Shown one piece after another: positions 60,709-64,000 of a stretch of 64,000 nt of DNA. Numbering within the stretch: position 1 is the stretch's first letter; each line of letters starts with the position of its first letter. The position numbers and the translations under genes were made by a program. The stretch lies in sequence record MK562505; one strand, 5' to 3'. The stretch comes from Shigella phage Silverhawkium. Under the pieces are notes generated by a model, which saw nothing but the letters and a program-made list of their open reading frames with translations, made no database searches and had not been told where the DNA came from.

Positions 60709-60949
60709 AAGTCAACACCTCTTTTGTATGTTTATTTTTAGAAAGCACATCTTTTAAATCATTTTTGTAATTAGCGCTAAGATTTGCTAAACCTTCTTGA
60801 TAAGCATCCTTAGCAACACTTACGAGTTTCTGGTTAGTCAACTCTTTCTCATTAACTTGGCTGGTCTTGTAGGTGTAACCTCCCCAAGCTCCAACACCTA
60901 ATAAAAACATAATTGCAAAAGCTGCTTGGCAAAATTCTTTAAATGTCAT
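60602..60949 (-). CDS. inner-membrane-anchored periplasmic protein, i-spanin-like
   Basis: N-terminal transmembrane helix AAFAIMFLLGVGAWGG then charged helical domain; overlaps lipoprotein gene. Confidence 0.4.
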   Translation of the reverse strand: MTFKEFCQAAFAIMFLLGVGAWGGYTYKTSQVNEKELTNQKLVSVAKDAYQEGLANLSANYKNDLKDVLSKNKHTKEVLTYEKTKTEFFNICASEPYVRVFNEQSEQYLQKLPSK

Positions 60950-60960
60950 TCTAATCTCCT

Positions 60961-60988
60961 AAAATGAAAAAGGCTCCCGAAGGAGCCT
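60961..60988 (-). terminator. rho-independent terminator
   Basis: Hairpin GGCTCC-ttcg-GGAGCC followed by TTTTTCATTTT on minus strand. Confidence 0.65.
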
Positions 60989-60999
60989 CTATATTAACC

Positions 61000-61464
61000 T
61001 TAACCTAGAACTTTAGCAAGTACATTTGCAGCCATTGTTGAGGCTTTAGCAGCAGCGTTAACCCCAGCTTTAATGGTGCTGTCCTTGATAGCTGATACCG
61101 TTGCAGCATCAGTGAACAGATAAGTGGTAGTCTTATCACCACTTGTAAAGGAAAGCATAAGAGCAGTTTCCAGATTGAAGGAACGGTATGGAGCACCTTG
61201 TTTTACAATTCCTTCTGCACCAAGTTCTGAAGCCATTCCCATATCATAGATGGTCATCAGGTTTTCTTTGTGAGCAGTTGTAGAACCAACACCTTTAACG
61301 TGTTTAGAAACGTTTAGCAATGCGCGATACTCACGAATCTCCCCATCGGCTTTAACGTTTACAGCACGAAAGATTTTGCCTTCAAAGTTGTCTTTGATAA
61401 TACGACGAACAACTTCAGATTTATTTCCGGTTGCATCAATAGCTACTGTGATAATGTTTTGCAT
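61000..61464 (-). CDS. hypothetical protein (154 aa)
   Basis: ORF preceded by (GA)9 purine tract. Confidence 0.45.
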   Translation of the reverse strand: MQNIITVAIDATGNKSEVVRRIIKDNFEGKIFRAVNVKADGEIREYRALLNVSKHVKGVGSTTAHKENLMTIYDMGMASELGAEGIVKQGAPYRSFNLETALMLSFTSGDKTTTYLFTDAATVSAIKDSTIKAGVNAAAKASTMAANVLAKVLG

Positions 61465-61469
61465 GGTTT

Positions 61470-61487
61470 TCTCTCTCTCTCTCTCTC
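61470..61487. repeat. dinucleotide microsatellite (TC)9 / (GA)9
   Basis: Perfect repeat between stop of 61486..62181 and start of 61000..61464. Confidence 0.9.
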
Positions 61488-62181
61488 AGTTTTTCACTAG
61501 CATTGTTTTAATTTGTGGAAGGATTCTTTCAACCTTTGCCACGTTCTTTACTGTATCTTCTATAAAGCATACTACATCATAATAGGGGAGTATGCAAGAC
61601 TGAAGCATACGAACTTTCAAACTTTCTGCACTGATTGTATTATCACCAAAACCACGCATGAAGAGAAGAAAGTCACTGTCCACATTATCATTCAGGAACA
61701 GATGAGTCACAACCCTTTGTGATTCACCACGAGCAGTTAAGAACCCTATATCCGCATTCTGTGATATCCCACACAGGATATTAAAAACATAAGTTGGTTT
61801 AGCCCTGTGAGAGTCTACCAAGTTGGTATACTGTGAGTAAGTACCATCATCTAATAATGTTGCATTAAGCCCTTTATCAAAGCTTGTAAGTACTCCGTCA
61901 ATGTCTGCCAGAATCATCTTACGCTTTGCTTCTAAATCCTTTGCAACTAAGATAAGACTGTTACGGCCTACATACACAGTTTTACCAGTTAGCAAATCTT
62001 GACAAGGAACCTTTGTCATCGTCGAATGAAAGTCTTCAAATTTACACTCAACATACCTTGCTGTATCTGCAAAGTCAGCCTTAGCAACATCTGACCAACT
62101 TGCAGAACTGATATCTAAATCCAGTGGACTGATATCGTAAGCGTGACACAGAACCTTATCAAATTGTTTTGATTCGCTCAT
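61486..62181 (-). CDS. HAD-superfamily phosphatase-like protein
   Basis: Motif I ILADIDGVLT (DxDG), motif II-like GFLTARGES; 231 aa. Confidence 0.5.
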   Translation of the reverse strand: MSESKQFDKVLCHAYDISPLDLDISSASWSDVAKADFADTARYVECKFEDFHSTMTKVPCQDLLTGKTVYVGRNSLILVAKDLEAKRKMILADIDGVLTSFDKGLNATLLDDGTYSQYTNLVDSHRAKPTYVFNILCGISQNADIGFLTARGESQRVVTHLFLNDNVDSDFLLFMRGFGDNTISAESLKVRMLQSCILPYYDVVCFIEDTVKNVAKVERILPQIKTMLVKN

Positions 62182-62731
62182 ATTTTACCTTTTTAATGTT
62201 GGTTGCAAACTCACATTGAGCAAGCAGTTGCATGTTATTGTACACATCCTGAGAATATTGTCTAGCTTTTGGAATCTTATATCTGTAACCAGCATTATAA
62301 GAGGCTAGGACACGCTTCATAGAGTACTTTCCATTTGGGTGACCATGTACCTTAGTCCAGAAGAGAAGTTCCTTATGAGCCTCTTTAGCTGAGTAATGGA
62401 AATCTCTTACAAGCTTTCTCTTTGCAGTATTCGGTGAAATTTTGTTACGCTTTACAACAGTCTTCAAATGATTCTGGAATACTCCATAATCGTGAGTCTT
62501 ATTATTAACTACATTGACACCTAATTGTGACTCTTGTAAGGCTATAGCTGCCAGTGGGATTCCCCAACCTTGTCCCATCTCTTTCTCGCCATAATTGTAA
62601 GCCTTTAACATATTAACCTTTTGACTAATTGTTAGCTCTGGACAATCTGACGCTGTAGCAACCTGTGCTGTGAATAATAAGCACAAACCTAAAATGAATT
62701 TCTTCATTGGGTCTCCTATTTTGTTAAACAT
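62159..62731 (-). CDS. secreted lytic transglycosylase-like protein
   Basis: Signal peptide MKKFILGLCLLFTAQVATA; SLT-like catalytic region AAIALQESQLG...DYGVFQ. Confidence 0.5.
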   Translation of the reverse strand: MFNKIGDPMKKFILGLCLLFTAQVATASDCPELTISQKVNMLKAYNYGEKEMGQGWGIPLAAIALQESQLGVNVVNNKTHDYGVFQNHLKTVVKRNKISPNTAKRKLVRDFHYSAKEAHKELLFWTKVHGHPNGKYSMKRVLASYNAGYRYKIPKARQYSQDVYNNMQLLAQCEFATNIKKVKYERIKTI

Positions 62732-62763
62732 GCAAACAATTATACACCATCATGCACGTTTTT

Positions 62764-62792
62764 CAAATAAAAAAGGCTGCCGAAGCAGCCCT
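62764..62792 (-). terminator. rho-independent terminator
   Basis: Hairpin GGGCTGC-ttcg-GCAGCC followed by TTTTTTATTTG on minus strand. Confidence 0.65.
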
Positions 62793-62807
62793 TTAGGAAT
62801 CTTACTA

Positions 62808-63935
62808 TTAAACTTCACGTTGACGCTGAGAGATGAGTTCACCAGCAGTACCTACTACGACGTGGAGTGCATCTTGACCATCCCATTCTTTAACAACTTC
62901 ACGATGACCATTTACAATCGCTGCAACTTCATAACGAGAAGCTCGCATTTTCATGTCATTGTAGTCAGTTGGTACAGAGACTACATCTCGTGGATGTACT
63001 CGAACTTTCAGAATTGTATCACCAGAGAAACTAGTAACGTAATCCCAAGCCCCTACGTGCAGACCTTGTGAGCATGTTACGTTACGGTTATTATCAACCA
63101 TCCAACGAGGCATCTCTACAATGTTACCTAAATCATTAGGAACCTTACAAGTACGGGAGTCAAACAGTTTACCGCCACGGCTAGTAACCTTCTTCCAACC
63201 GATGATATAACCTTCTTCATCAATCTCAACGTCCAGATGTGATACAAATCCCCACAACTGCTCTACAGAGTCTTTGGATGGGTTTTCCATCAGTTTTTCG
63301 AAGAACGCTACCAAGCGGGTAAAACCTTCATCGCCATTCTTCATCATGTCCAGAATACGGTCTACCAGAGTTGAACGCATTTGTACAGCACCGTAGTACA
63401 AATTATCACCTTTGATAGTGATAGCACCTTGAGTGAAATTCTCAATAGATTTGCGAATGTTCATCAACTCAAATGCTTTCTTGTACTCACCTGAAACAAC
63501 TGCCACTTTGATTTCTGCAAAGTTTGGATGAGTTGACTCAACAATCTCAGACTCTGCACCAAATGTCATAATAACAGAGTCGCCAGTAATCATGTACTCA
63601 ATCTGGTTATTGTTCTGCATTGCATCGTGCAAAGCATTTACTGGTTCTGCTTTAACTTCTTCTTTCTTAACAGCCTTGCTAACAGCCTTTGCAACCGTAG
63701 TCTTAGAAGTTGTTTTTTTAGAAGTCTTAGCAGATTTTGCAATGGACTTCAGAGTTTTTGCTGGTTTAACTGGAGTCTTACCAAGAGTTGCTTGGTGACG
63801 CTCTACAGCACGACCAACAGAACGTGTTGATGTATTGTAACGGTTTGCAATGGCGGTCTTGGTCAGTTTACCTTCCATAACCAGTGCATAGATTTCTGCG
63901 TCGATTTGTGCTTTAGTTTTAGTAGTCATCTTCAT
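62808..63935 (-). CDS. putative DNA-binding protein with N-terminal HTH and Lys/Thr-rich linker (375 aa)
   Basis: N-terminal TKTAIANRYNTSTRSVGRAV helix-turn-helix-like segment; basic low-complexity linker. Confidence 0.45.
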   Translation of the reverse strand: MKMTTKTKAQIDAEIYALVMEGKLTKTAIANRYNTSTRSVGRAVERHQATLGKTPVKPAKTLKSIAKSAKTSKKTTSKTTVAKAVSKAVKKEEVKAEPVNALHDAMQNNNQIEYMITGDSVIMTFGAESEIVESTHPNFAEIKVAVVSGEYKKAFELMNIRKSIENFTQGAITIKGDNLYYGAVQMRSTLVDRILDMMKNGDEGFTRLVAFFEKLMENPSKDSVEQLWGFVSHLDVEIDEEGYIIGWKKVTSRGGKLFDSRTCKVPNDLGNIVEMPRWMVDNNRNVTCSQGLHVGAWDYVTSFSGDTILKVRVHPRDVVSVPTDYNDMKMRASRYEVAAIVNGHREVVKEWDGQDALHVVVGTAGELISQRQREV

Positions 63936-63964
63936 ATCTCTCTTTAGTTAATTTACAGTATCGT

Positions 63965-63993
63965 ATTCTAAGGGGCTTCTCAGCCCCTGTCAA
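63965..63993 (-). promoter_or_regulatory. sigma70-like promoter (TTGACA-17-TAGAAT) with hairpin in spacer
   Basis: Near-consensus hexamers on minus strand; spacer contains AGGGGC-ttctca-GCCCCT; upstream of gene 62808..63935. Confidence 0.55.
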
Positions 63994-64000
63994 ACTATTA

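Overview
This window reads as a contiguous piece of a virulent, tailed dsDNA phage genome (contractile-tail/myovirus type, roughly 40% GC by eye), with no sign of host chromosome. All calls come from reading the sequence and the supplied ORF track by hand; no database search or RNA-folding program was run. Layout: (1) 1-10.7 kb, plus strand: nucleotide-metabolism/replication genes (5'-truncated family-A DNA polymerase, ATP-dependent DNA ligase, dihydrofolate reductase, thymidylate synthase) mixed with small unknown ORFs and two blocks of modular non-coding repeats. (2) 10.8-34.6 kb, minus strand: a full morphogenesis module (tail fibres, P2-like baseplate, tape measure, tube, sheath, capsid, protease/scaffold, portal, large terminase). 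(3) 34.7-39.3 kb, minus strand: a dense island of about 27 tRNA genes with ORF-free spacers and two small embedded ORFs, flanked by a vWA-domain protein. (4) 41.7-49.8 kb, plus strand: small genes including a T4-type lysozyme and a protein with three tandem Ig-like domains. (5) 49.8-51.6 kb: a 1.7 kb ORF-free region packed with short repeats. (6) 51.6-64 kb, minus strand: an array of small genes each behind a conserved promoter/hairpin/RBS cassette, plus a macro-domain protein, a spanin-like pair, a HAD phosphatase and a secreted transglycosylase. The most unusual items are the 1.7 kb repeat region, the modular GG-periodic repeat units with co-varying hairpins, the vWA protein beside the tRNA island with an orphan tRNA-like element, three short-variable-arm tRNAs carrying leucine anticodons, and the macro-domain/zinc-ribbon pair.
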